Source: Haliotis cracherodii (lineage: Eukaryota). Taken from it: a stretch of DNA of 64,000 nt. The stretch's first letter is position 1; the number at the start of each line of letters is the position of its first letter. Of this stretch, positions 1 to 11,300 are shown piece after piece. The notes below the pieces were generated by a model. That model worked only from the letters and a program-made list of their open reading frames with translations. It had not been told where the DNA came from and searched no databases. The stretch spans positions 11,966,001 through 12,030,000 of the forward strand of contig NW_027266268.1 in assembly GCF_022045235.1 (NCBI RefSeq), in the 5' to 3' direction. The position numbers and the translations under genes are program-made.

Positions 1-337
1 ACAGGACACCGTCCAGACGACACAGGACATTGCTACGATTTTGATCCGATACAGCAAAATTTGTCATGACATAGTCACGATTGTAATCCGACTAGCGTAA
101 TCGGCGGAGTTTCCAGAATGGTACGGGTCGCACCATACTGTCGGGAGTTCTTGGCCGACCTCTCTGGACCTTTCCCGGTCCGTTGGACTCTGTTACGAAC
201 AGATACGAATGTTTTCAGACAATGATAGGACATTCTAGATCATCGAGGATAGTAATCCGACTTTTTCACTCTTCGTGTCGTAGCGGTGTCTGATCTCAAA
301 CGGGAGCCATAATCGGCACTGTGTGAACCTGGCCTAA
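1..337. mobile_element. Right end of a probable PIF/Harbinger-type non-autonomous DNA transposon (left end outside window)
   Basis: GC-richer non-coding stretch ending in GTGTGAACCTGGCC (321-334) followed by TAA. This resembles Harbinger-type terminal repeats with TAA/TTA target sites. The partner TIR is not visible. Confidence 0.4.
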
Positions 338-1040
338 ATCAGACGAGCACGTAGTCGGCGACACGTTTAAATGGGCAAGATGACTGACAAAACGATTATT
401 TGGACAATGCAAACAATACAATAAATGTCAATGTGATCAATGCAAAATATATTTGTAATTCATTATTTGTTTTAGTTAAATCTATGTTACGTATAATACG
501 AAGTCTTTTTAAAGTTTCATTTGTAACATTTATGTTAGAAATGTGGTGATATTATGAATAAAATTGAAAAAGGAATACCAAAAACAAATCAACACTTAAT
601 CTTAGGTCACATTTAAACGTTAAGCAATATGACTTGTCATCCTACAGAACGGGTGTGCCGACGCCTGGGGCCATAAAACTTTTATTGATTCTCATCACAT
701 GCTTAAAAACGATGTCAGTGTCTACACCGAAACGATGTCGACACAAAATACTGACCCCAAGCCGACCAGTTCTTGTTTGATCCCCTGAATGACGAGCGCC
801 AGGGAGGGTAAGAAGTACAATCTTTTAGCGTCTTTTGGTACATGTACCTCAGGGGGGATGATTTGGAAAGAAGCTTCTCTTATATCTCTTAAATCAACTA
901 ACTAAATGAAGATACGTCGCACGTAGCACCAAGATGGTCTTTTATGTTCCTAGGGTGCATTTTCATTACTTTACCTGTGTTTTCCATTGTATACCTTACC
1001 ACAGTACATACTAGTATATTGCCTAAGAAAATCATCTTAC

Positions 1041-4000
1041 CTGTTTCACCTGCTGGAAATCGAGACCAAATGGATTCCTGTTTCCCCCTCCCTGGGGATT
1101 CTCGTGGCCCACCCCTCGCCATAAGAAGTTGTTTTTGCAGGGATGTGGTACCGAGTCCCCGTTGGGAATGGTGTCTTGGTAATATCGGAATCCGTGAGAA
1201 GCACCGATGATGAAACACAAAGCAATCAGTCTAAAGGAAATAGAAACAAAATATTGACTTGATATATATAAACCTGCTACAATCGACTGAAACATAAATC
1301 GGTTCATATCGAATTTGGCAATAATTTGGCTCAGACTCTTTCAGAAACGTTTGTTTTTGTATTTTGTTTTTGTTCTAGCTCAGTAAGGAAAGAGCTGCCT
1401 GATGCCCCACAAGCAAGTTGGTACAAACAACTCTTGATCTCATGTGCGTCCAATATGCCTCAATTCGCTGTGCAGAGTTTCGTCCCTTACATCCCCCAGG
1501 ATCCACTGATCTCGGCTTCGAATCACGTGTTCATTGTGATTAAGCTTACCATTATTGTTGCTCTTAGAATGAAATAGGTCGTGCACAGAAATCATTAAAC
1601 TATCATTAACTAATGAAGTTTAGGCACAGGAATTCCATTTATGCGTAATTAGTTTTTGGAATTTTCCCACAATTCCTTGTTAACAAACAACACTCGTCAC
1701 TCTCGACACAAACGTTATAAATGCTATTTGCATCACTTCTGACGTTCATTGTTTCTTTTTTTCATAAAGTGTAAATATATAATACAATGTTTTTATACGT
1801 ATCACAGCATATATTGTTTGGTTAAATGACAGTTTAGGTACTCCTAAAACTCCATTATGTCAAACGCCCGTTAGTGTCGGATGGAGTCATCAAAAGATTG
1901 ACACAACCGAAATTAATGACATTTTAGGTAATGGAGGTTTAATGACAAGTTAATGCATCATTGAAGTTTGATACAACCACGTCCTGTGGACCTAGTCCGA
2001 TCCGAAACCGCATATGACACTTAGACAGATAAATGCACGTTTGCTTTGTTATCACAAACCAACCATAACCATTGCATTTTCAGTAAACTACGGTTATAAC
2101 GAACACGCTTATAACGAACTAACGGATATAAAGAACTATTTTTTTAGCCCCGACTTTATGCTGTAGTTATGCTGCATATATGCTTATAACGAATTACGGT
2201 TATAACGAACTAGAATTAGTAGTCTTTGAGTTCGTTATAACCGTAGTTTACTGTACTCGCATTACGAGCCTCGAAAATGAATTCATAATGTTTAATCTTG
2301 TAAACATCTTAATGGTATTCTGGATCAAGCCCGTGGGCACGGATAGCCCAGTAATCTAATTAAAGAGAGTTGTACCCCTCAGACGTTCAGATCCCGGTTC
2401 TCCGAGATTGTCTTTAGGTTTGTCAACAAAACTGAGATTGTGGGTTTTCAGAGAACCATTCATATGACAGTCATCATTATTTTTCCTTTACCAATGGAAT
2501 CTGTTTCGACAGATAGTCGAGACTGATTATTCTCGGACATTGACGTTTTATATTTTCCTATAAGTGTCAAAGGCGTGTTTCACTGCAGGCTTTCCTCCCG
2601 TATTAAGTTGACTCGCCGTGATATAACTGAAACACTGTTCAAAGCGGTATGAAACCAAACTCACTAACTTACCGCTGGAAACGATCCATGTTGGTAGAGG
2701 CAACTCCAGATTGATACTCGACCAGCATAAAACCGCTTTTATACCATACAAAATCCACTTTAGATTGTGACGCATTACCGACTTCATTTTCACGTGAGAG
2801 TGACCGTTGAAATATACGAGGCTGCGCATACAATAAATCAAATAATGTTTTTGATATTAAACGTCTGTTCCGTACTGTGGTCTTATTTAAACCTTATATA
2901 TTTCATTTCAGCGAATCCGATATTTGATTTTAGCTTGGATCAAGAGAGTAGGCCTCAACATTATTTGTACAGTACATGACTGTGGTGTGTCGTCGAACAT
3001 GGATTCCAGCAACGTTTACCGTATCCGGGATAATATACAATGCGATTGTTTGCTTCAGGTTTATATATCATGCCTGCTGTTATCATCAGCAGTGTTAAGT
3101 TATTTAGTGAAAATGTCAACAATGCCATATATTGCAAAATAAAAACACGACGTATGTTGAAGTAGTGCACGAAAAACTGTTAGAAAAAAATGAACAAGTC
3201 AAAATGATTTTTTTTATCTCAACAAGACTTTGTCAGAAAGCCTTTTGAGCACAAATTTCTTTTATTTCGTTTCGTTGCTTTGTTTAACTTCTTTTTAATT
3301 TTGTTTTATTCACCATTCTCTGCTTTCCAAACGTACCAAAATGGCAGCCTCCAGCCAGGAGTGTTGACCATGTGCACGACCACCACCACGTCTTTTGTTT
3401 AAACTTGAATCGGCGTCCATTACGTGATTGAGAAGGGCTTGGTCGCCTTTCGTACAGTGTCATTTTTTGTATACAAAACAGTATCTTCTTTTCGGATTTA
3501 TTTTACCGTACATCTCATTACCACGTTACAGACTGAATAAACGTTATTCGTTACTAAGCCATTATCTGTATATTTTACCAGAGTTAGTGTAACGAGACTA
3601 CAACATATTTGATAAAACAAAATGTTCATATCGTTTGTTGTTTAAAGCCGCACTCAGCAATATTCCACAACAGTCATACTTCTTTCGCAATTCTTATGCT
3701 GGGTGGAATGTCGCGAAATCGTGAAGCTGATAGGTCACAGTCTCTCATGTCGTATAGTTCCGACTCTTCTTCGGATCAAAAGAGACGGTATTTAGTCATA
3801 CTCCAGTGAAGCAGCAACGGCATATCAGCAGGCATAGGAAGTGAACATTTTAATGTTGAACAGCATCACACTCACAGTCCTGGGCTGTCTTCTGGTTTCT
3901 TGCAATTCTTCAACAGCACTGTTCCTGTAAACAATTTCTTTGGCATGATTGATAGAACAGTGCAGGGCAGTGACATCGGGGACAAGCTAGGACAGTAATA

Positions 4001-5293
4001 CTAATAGTATGTTCTCAATTCGGGATGGGGAGGTATAATTGTTAATTTGTATAATGTACTAGGGTCGGGGTAATTCCTAACTTCTTGATAAGTAAAAGAA
4101 TGATATTGAATAAAGTTTGTTGAGAAACAATAATTGTTCAGCGTTTTTGCAACTTTTTCTGTAACCTACATGTATGACATCCCACAATGGAACATCCCAT
4201 GCAGTGCAAATATGCCTCAGGTGTCTGGGCATGTGGTATCACATTCTCTTCATTACCATGCCTTCCAATTTATTTTTACACAAAATTACCAAGGTCTTCA
4301 TTATTTTTTGGATTGAGTGATGGTTACGCAGACACACCAGTAATCAAACTTAACAACAGTTCTTTCATTTTTCAGTTACATTAAAATCAAACTCGGTATA
4401 CTTTATTTTGCTTAGCAGTTTATGAATATTATTATGTATCATATAAAATCATCAAATATTCTAATCAAAATCACCCGACGTTTAAACATTTTTAATCTCT
4501 TATTGGTAGGTCAATTTATACTTAAGAGTCAACATTCATGCCTTCACCATCATGAACATGAATGCTTTTACTGAACTATTATGCATATTTCGCAATATTT
4601 GTTTTTAATTAATGTATTCATCACATCAGGTTTCAGAGACTCGTGATGTCAGAGATTCGCATTAATACGTGAATCGCCCATTTCAGATGTGCAGTATAAA
4701 GGTTAAGTTAGCTGTAGATTAATTATGTTGGTTTCCACTGACTGATAACATTATTTGACACGAGTGACATACTGTTAGTAAATAGGATTTATCTCTATTG
4801 ATTTATTTGAGAGTGTGATGCTTTGTGGGTATTTTTGTGTGTGCATTTTTGGCAGGTAATGTCAGCATATTTGCTCAGTACAGCACTGACAGGAGTGGTG
4901 GCTCTTACAACTTAGAAGAAAGGTATCCGTTATGCAATAATAAATATGAACGATTTCAAACATTAATTCATTGCGGGAATTGAGAGATGTATTCCGGTTT
5001 CAATGAATTCAATATTTAGAGCTTATCCTTTTATGACCCAAGGGTATCATGGTATTATTATCAGGACCATTAATATTCTTTACGGTATGACCATTTAATA
5101 TTCGTGAGGGTGGTTAAGATATAGTATATTTTCGGATAAAATTTGTTTTTTAAAAAAAGTAGGCAACCCGTTTTTGTTTATATTTACAAAAGCCCTTGAA
5201 ATATGTCCCTTGTAATGTTAAAACAGTGGGGAAATTTGTACCAATCCCGGACTAGCGATCTAGTTCTTCTTACCCTGAAACTTGCGAGACCAT
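1041..5293 (-). CDS. Temptin-domain protein, paralog A (5' part only; probably a temptin/copper-monooxygenase fusion continuing beyond the left edge). Exons 5293-5274 (putative start) and 1230-1041
   Basis: Exon 1230-1041 (tttag acceptor, CAG|gtaag donor) encodes LIALCFIIGASHGFRYYQDTIPNGDSVPHPCKNNFLWRGVGHENPQGGGNRNPFGLDFQQVKQ, closely matching exon 18190-18004. ATG GTC TCG CAA GTT TCA GG|gtaag at 5293-5274 is phase-compatible (phase 2) and gives a signal-peptide-like MVSQVSGLIALCFIIGASHG. The start exon is less certain than the temptin exon. Confidence 0.75.
2081..2253. mobile_element. Tc1/mariner-pogo (Tigger-like) MITE
   Basis: 24-bp terminal inverted repeats CAGTAAACTACGGTTATAACGAAC / GTTCGTTATAACCGTAGTTTACTG, followed by TA on the right, with internal TTATAACGAA repeats. 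A second copy lies at 32711-32876. Confidence 0.8.
2334..2670 (+). mobile_element. SINE family A, decayed and interrupted copy
   Basis: Head GGGCACGGATAGCCCAGT and tail CGCCGTGATATAACTGAAACACTGTTCAAAGCGG...CTCACT match the copy at 55924-56206. Confidence 0.55.
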
Positions 5294-5899
5294 GGATGCA
5301 GTTGAAGATCATTATACGATTAGTTTTTCTGACTATTCATGAGAACTGAAAAGGCTCCTCAGCAACTTATCCCAAGATCCATATGTTCTGAGTTGTCATT
5401 TAACAAATAAATAAAGCTCACCTCAACCAGGAGTATCTATTGTCTTTATGTTGTTGTGTTATTCAACTTTTGATTTTAATGGATCATGGGACATCAGACA
5501 TGTAGACTATTTTGCTGGTGTCAAACTTGCCCTCTATGTTGAATGTATGGTGTTAGGCCAAGAAAATATCAAATGTTTCACATCGTTATGTAGGGCTTTG
5601 TGAAGGTCCTATTGTCTGATGGTATTTAATTTTCAAGTTTTTGCGGAAAATGAAATATGTATAAATTGAATTGAAATAAAATTTGAATATGTGCACAAAA
5701 ATTGATTGAAAAATAAATAATATGAAACCTATTTTTTATGTTTTTATGGCCCTCATCATAGTATCCAGAAGTACCCAGCGCAGAGAGGAAGCATTTCCTT
5801 GACCTGCTGTTTCATGGATAGAGTTCAAAATGAAATCAGCTTGTAGCATGTACTGGTTGCTTAGTGATATCTTAACAGGATAAGTTTGATACAAACATT

Positions 5900-6325
5900 T
5901 CAGGCCAACAGGTATTGGGGAATATACCTGACGTCAATCCAACGTTGGGCCAACGTTTCTTTGTCGACATTGATTCAACGGGATTTACCCAATGTTGCCA
6001 CAACGTCTTAATTCTAACTGGATAGGAGAACCACATTACTAAATAAACAGTATTTGATGGTAAAAGGGAATTATCACGAACTGCATATAAATGTCAGCAC
6101 TGTCAAGAAGAGATGAGGAAACGTCAATAATGATTAAAAGTGTAAATAATGCAATGTTGTAGGAATGTTGCAGGAAAGGGTTTTTAGACCATAACACCGT
6201 AGCGTTATAGCATCGTTAAAAACCCATACACGTTAACGTTGTGCCAACGTTACTATTTAACGTTGCCACAACGAAAATGAATCGTTGTGACAACCTTGTA
6301 GCAACGCTATTTTTTGGTCGGCAGA
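5900..6325. mobile_element. Probable non-autonomous DNA element with clustered AACGTT / GTTGCCACAAC subterminal motifs
   Basis: Many AACGTT and GTTGCCACAAC-like motifs in both orientations near the two ends, and no ORF. Termini are unclear. Confidence 0.35.
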
Positions 6326-6387
6326 CACATGTTGGAAGCATGAAACGATGGTGTCTCAACGTAATTACACTCGAATGGGTTATGATC

Positions 6388-6580
6388 GTGGGTTCGATTC
6401 TCGATCTGTCCCGATTATGTTTCTTGGTTTGTCAGCACCATACCCGTGCTCGCTGGTTTCACCAAAGTGGTAATCGGAAAAAACTGCATCGCTTCGGGCT
6501 TTCCTCCCACATCAAGCTGACACGCAGTGACATAACTGGAACACTGTTCAAAGCGGCGTTGAAACCAAAACTCACTCTCT
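6388..6580 (+). mobile_element. SINE family A, 5'-truncated
   Basis: B-box-like GGTTCGATTCT, body GTCAGCACCATACCCGTGCTCG, tail AAAGCGGCGTTGAAACC...CTCACTC. Confidence 0.7.
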
Positions 6581-6780
6581 TTTAGAATTGAAATGTCCTC
6601 CATTGCAAATGATGTTTACATATGTGCATTGTACTGTCTTTGAAAATTAAAACTCTGTAGTGGTGTATTGTATTTCGGACAGGCGTACATTATTTACATG
6701 CTAATAATATATAAATCATTAGTACTTTTGTAATTAGACACTGGGGGTATGGCGTAACGCATCTTAGGTGTGCCAGAGAT

Positions 6781-7049
6781 AGTGAGTGAGTTAAGTTTAA
6801 AGTCGCTTTTAACAGTATTCCAGTTATGCAACGGCATGTCAGCTTGATGTGGGAAGAAATCCCGAAGTGATGTAGGTCTTAGACCTTTACTACTTTGGTG
6901 AAACCCACCAGCACGGGTATGGTGCTGACAAACCCAGAAACATATTCTAGGGATTCTAACCCTAAATCATTGGTTTCTGACGTGCCTGAGGGACGCAACT
7001 CTGCACATCGAATTGCGGCGCCTTAGAAGATTGGCCCACCTGTCCCCCC
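6781..7049 (-). mobile_element. SINE family A, near full length
   Basis: Colinear with 55924-56206 from the (GAGT)n tail to the GGCCCACCTGTCCCCC head. Confidence 0.75.
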
Positions 7050-7424
7050 ATGTGTGAAGAAAGCTACGATCGTTGGTTCGAATTCCGGTTTGTCCTAAAT
7101 ATGTGCTTGTGGGTTTCATGAAAGTGGCAATCACTTCACCACTTCAGGGTGTCCACACACGGGACGTGACATCAGTGGATTCAGAGCCGCTTTCATCCCA
7201 ACTCGCTCATTCGTCATCGGTTAAAAGAGTGTACGCTTGCCTGTGTTTGTTTGTTGTTTAACGCCGTGATAAGCACAAGTCCATGTAACGGCAGTCTGTA
7301 AATAATCGTGTGTGGACCAGACAATCCATTGATTGACACAGTGAGCATCTATCTACGCAATTACGATCACACGTATTCTCTATTATGTTCGTTTGGGGAG
7401 TTCCCATACATGTGAAGATTGATT

Positions 7425-8350
7425 GATTTAGTTATATAATACTGATCGATCAAAGCCGTCTATTTCTGAATGTAAAGTGGTACCCCGTTGGTCCGGAAAA
7501 CCACTTTGTGGACAGTTACTTTCAGGTACATCTTCATACATACAAAGGGACATAACTCCATTTCCATAACATATTATTTCGGATACTTGTTAGAGTGGAC
7601 AGGAACGATACCGTCCACATGGTCCTCTGAATATGTTTCCGACTATCATGTTTAATAAATTCACCCTTTATTACATGTACACTGTAAACAAGTCATCACT
7701 GTTATTTGAAGCATAAAACAGAAATATGTATGTAAAATGTAGCATTAACTATTGAAAACTCCGTCAAATGTTGTTAGAAAAGTATTTGTCTGGAATATTA
7801 TCATCAGATACACTCAGCTGTATTTCGGAGGTCTGAAATAAACGAGTCTTGACCGGAAAATCCTGTGATTGACATCATGAACATTAATCCACGCAACTGA
7901 GATACGATGACAGGCATGCCCGCATATGTACGTTTGAAGACTTGACACAGATGCTAAAATATTCAACATTTATCGATTTAGCTATATGATACTGATCGAT
8001 AAAAGCCATTCTTTTCTCAAAGTAAAGTCGGACCACTTTGGTCCGAAAATCCACCTTGTGGACAAAGGGAGATGACTCCATATCCATAATTCCTTAAACC
8101 GGAAACTTGTCAAACTGGAATATTTCAGTTGGATCGGTACCGTCCGTATTGACCTGGTTTCGCTATACATGTTTACGAATTGTACCAAGACGATAAATTC
8201 AGCCTTTATTTCATGTGCAATATACAAATTATCACAAGTGTCTGAAGCATGTAACAGATATATGTCTATAAAATTTAGCGTTAACCATAGAAAACATTGT
8301 CAAAAGAATTTATCTTAAATGTTATCACCAGATACCACTCATTTCGCCAT
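7425..8350. repeat. Diverged tandem duplication (~7425-7830 vs ~7975-8350) just 3' of the monooxygenase stop codon
   Basis: Colinear anchors in both halves: ATACTGATCGAT, GTAAAGT..TTGGTCCG.AAA.CCAC.TTGTGGACA, TAAATTCA.CCTTTATT.CATGT, GAAGCAT..AACAGA.ATATGT, TTATCA.CAGATAC. Confidence 0.7.
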
Positions 8351-8357
8351 GACGGAC

Positions 8358-11300
8358 TTACAGACCTAAGGCAAGCACAGCTGCTACAACCATGCCAGAG
8401 ACAACGGAGGATGCTGCACGGGCAGCTGCCGACATCGGATACTTCATTTCAACAGGGTCAGCTGCCTTGTCACATGACCTCAGCGCATGCGCAAATTTAA
8501 TCCTCTGTGGATCGTGTCCGTCAGCGAAATTGAAAAGCAGGAATTCCCCCAATTCCCCTTGAAAACAAGGATGTTTGTTGAGTCGGGCAAGAACAGCTGG
8601 ACATTCCGGTCTGCAGGATCCATAGTGGTTGCAGCTATCCATCACCTAGAACCAATCACGTTTTTGTGTAAACAAACCTACAAAACATTATTGTTTAATA
8701 TATGAAGGCTTTTTTCCCCGTAATCTCATCGGATGACCTGACATCGTTTGTCACGTCAGTGGATGAGGTATATGTCTTGTTTTACTAATCAAACATAGTG
8801 TCATTAAGGCAGACTGACACGTTATTTCACTCGATGGATATATCGATTGTATGTATTCAGATCAATTCAGTATTTCATCACTAAATACATGGCATTAGTG
8901 ACGGGTCTGCAGCGCACCTTGACATGCAGTCAGCATTTCAAAATGTCAATAAAGACAGATACAAAACCATATGACCATATTGAAGATGGGATTCACACAT
9001 CTTGAACACACTAAAAGAGGCATGCATGTTAAGTGTCAGCTTCTTTGGTCTATCAGTGATTTTGCGAGAATATACGAGAGTCAAAGTGCAATGGTTAAAG
9101 CAATGCCAATCTTTTTTTAAATGTCAACAGATGAAACAACACCACTAACCACGCACACGCACACTAAATTTCGGTACATTTTGAACACACCCAAAAAACT
9201 GTGTAAGAAAGAAAGAAAGATAGATAAGATAGAAAGTTTCAGCGTTCCCTATGTTTGAAGTGCAAAGGTCAACATATAAAATATCGCAAATATGGAACAT
9301 AGGTGTTGAGCCCCACTAACATATGATAAAACATTAGGATAATCTTGTTTTATTACCGGTAATATGAGATATAGACAGACAGATATATTTCGTATTTGTG
9401 GCCATGAGGCCAATAGTACGACATTTTTTTGTAAGAAAACTCCTCGTGGAGCACCACTTGTATATACTGATTAGATTGTAGCTAAATAGGTGTACACAGT
9501 TTTATTTATATTCAAAGTCTTATCCTTCTTTCAAATAGCTTATAAATACAAACTGCAAGTCTGAGAAGAATGTGGCTATTTTTGCTGTTCGTTAACTGTA
9601 CAAATTTTCTTTGTGATGGATACGTATAATAATAGTTAGGCAAGTATTTGGTTCTTATATCGTCATATACTGGATATATCAATAAAACATCGTATTCATC
9701 TTCTTGGTAATATTTGCAGAAAGGACACATCGATGTTAAAAGATCATTATCTGAGCCCCACTACTTACATTACATGTACAAAATATCAAAAAAGCATCGG
9801 CGCTGTCGAGACGACGGCCGCCATTTTGTATGAATGGTCCATACAATTTGGAATGTATTTTTTCCATTATAACACTTCGGCTGGTATACTGAAAGACCCT
9901 GTTCACTCACTCACTGGTCGTTATAGTGAGTGAGTGAGTTTGGTTTTACGCCGCTTTTAGCAATATTCCCGCAATATCACGGCGGGGGACACCACAAAAT
10001 GGGTTTCACACATTGTACCCATGTCGGGAATCGAACCCTGGTCTTCGGCGTGTGGTCGTTATAAGCAGATGTTGAATGTCATTGATCCTAAAATATCATC
10101 ATATATTCTTTATCACTAAACTATTAGATAAACAATAACTATATAGCCTTTGATGCTTGTTGCTTACCTCATTCACGATCGCACGCATTTCAGGACTGGT
10201 TAGGTTTTCGAACATTCCGATGTCACATCCGTCAATTATATGATCCTCTTTGGCGAACTTACAGATATCGAAGTTCTTCCACGTCGTGCAAGAGCCGGTC
10301 ATGTTTTGCTTTGGGAAGTAGGAGAAAAGCCCATAGCACATCTCATCATATGAACCTTCTCCATACATGGTTGTACGGGTCTTGGACACAGACCTGTAGA
10401 CGCACGTCGTCTTCAAACTGTCACCCTGTCTCACCTCAATCGGGGATGAGTACCTGAAAGGTCACATTGTATTTTCCTCGATTATCCAGCATATTATTGG
10501 ATCTCCATTCTGTCGTGCTACAAGGACACATACGCCACAACAGCTTCGTTGTTGAAGTGGAGGCATTGGAGATCCTGTCGTCTTCTGCGCACAATTTGTT
10601 GCACAGAGGTGACACAAGTCGAGTACTTATGCTCTGGTTACTGTGACCAATAGGGTGAAATTGGATTGGATGGCTATTTTTACTGTCGTTTCATCTTAGC
10701 CTATATGAGGTAGCTCTGTTCGGAGAAGTACGATGTCTGAGACGGATTGGCATCATATACATGTAGCTCCCAGATAAGATGAACGCGAGTGTTGAAACCT
10801 TAATACTTACACTTTCAGCTGGGGGTTGTCATAGGAGTAAGTGGGGTCGTCGATAACTTTGGCCACCCTCTGACCATTGCGGAACAATTCAACCTGCTCG
10901 TCAAATCCTGCAAGAAATAGTCTTCAAAAAGATTCTGTCTGGAGATATTGATATGATAAACGTACATATGTTAGACAAACTGTAGATGGGCACATGAAAC
11001 GTTAATATGGTTCAATATATTTATTCTCTGAATCGATTCAGTCCCAGTTCAATCTTTACATGAAGTGAGTATTTTCTCAATTCTGTACCTTATACACAAC
11101 TATAAAGTCATATAAACTGGTGATCAAAATAAACTATATCTCTTAGTTGATTTGATCGCAAGTTGGATTTTCAAATGATAGTATCTGAAGTTAGCGATAT
11201 CATGTAATATAAACCATACAGGTGCTTAGTCAATATTTTAAAAAAATCTAAAAGGTTTCTATTTGTTAAAATATAATTTCATTTTAAGCGTTTTATAAAT

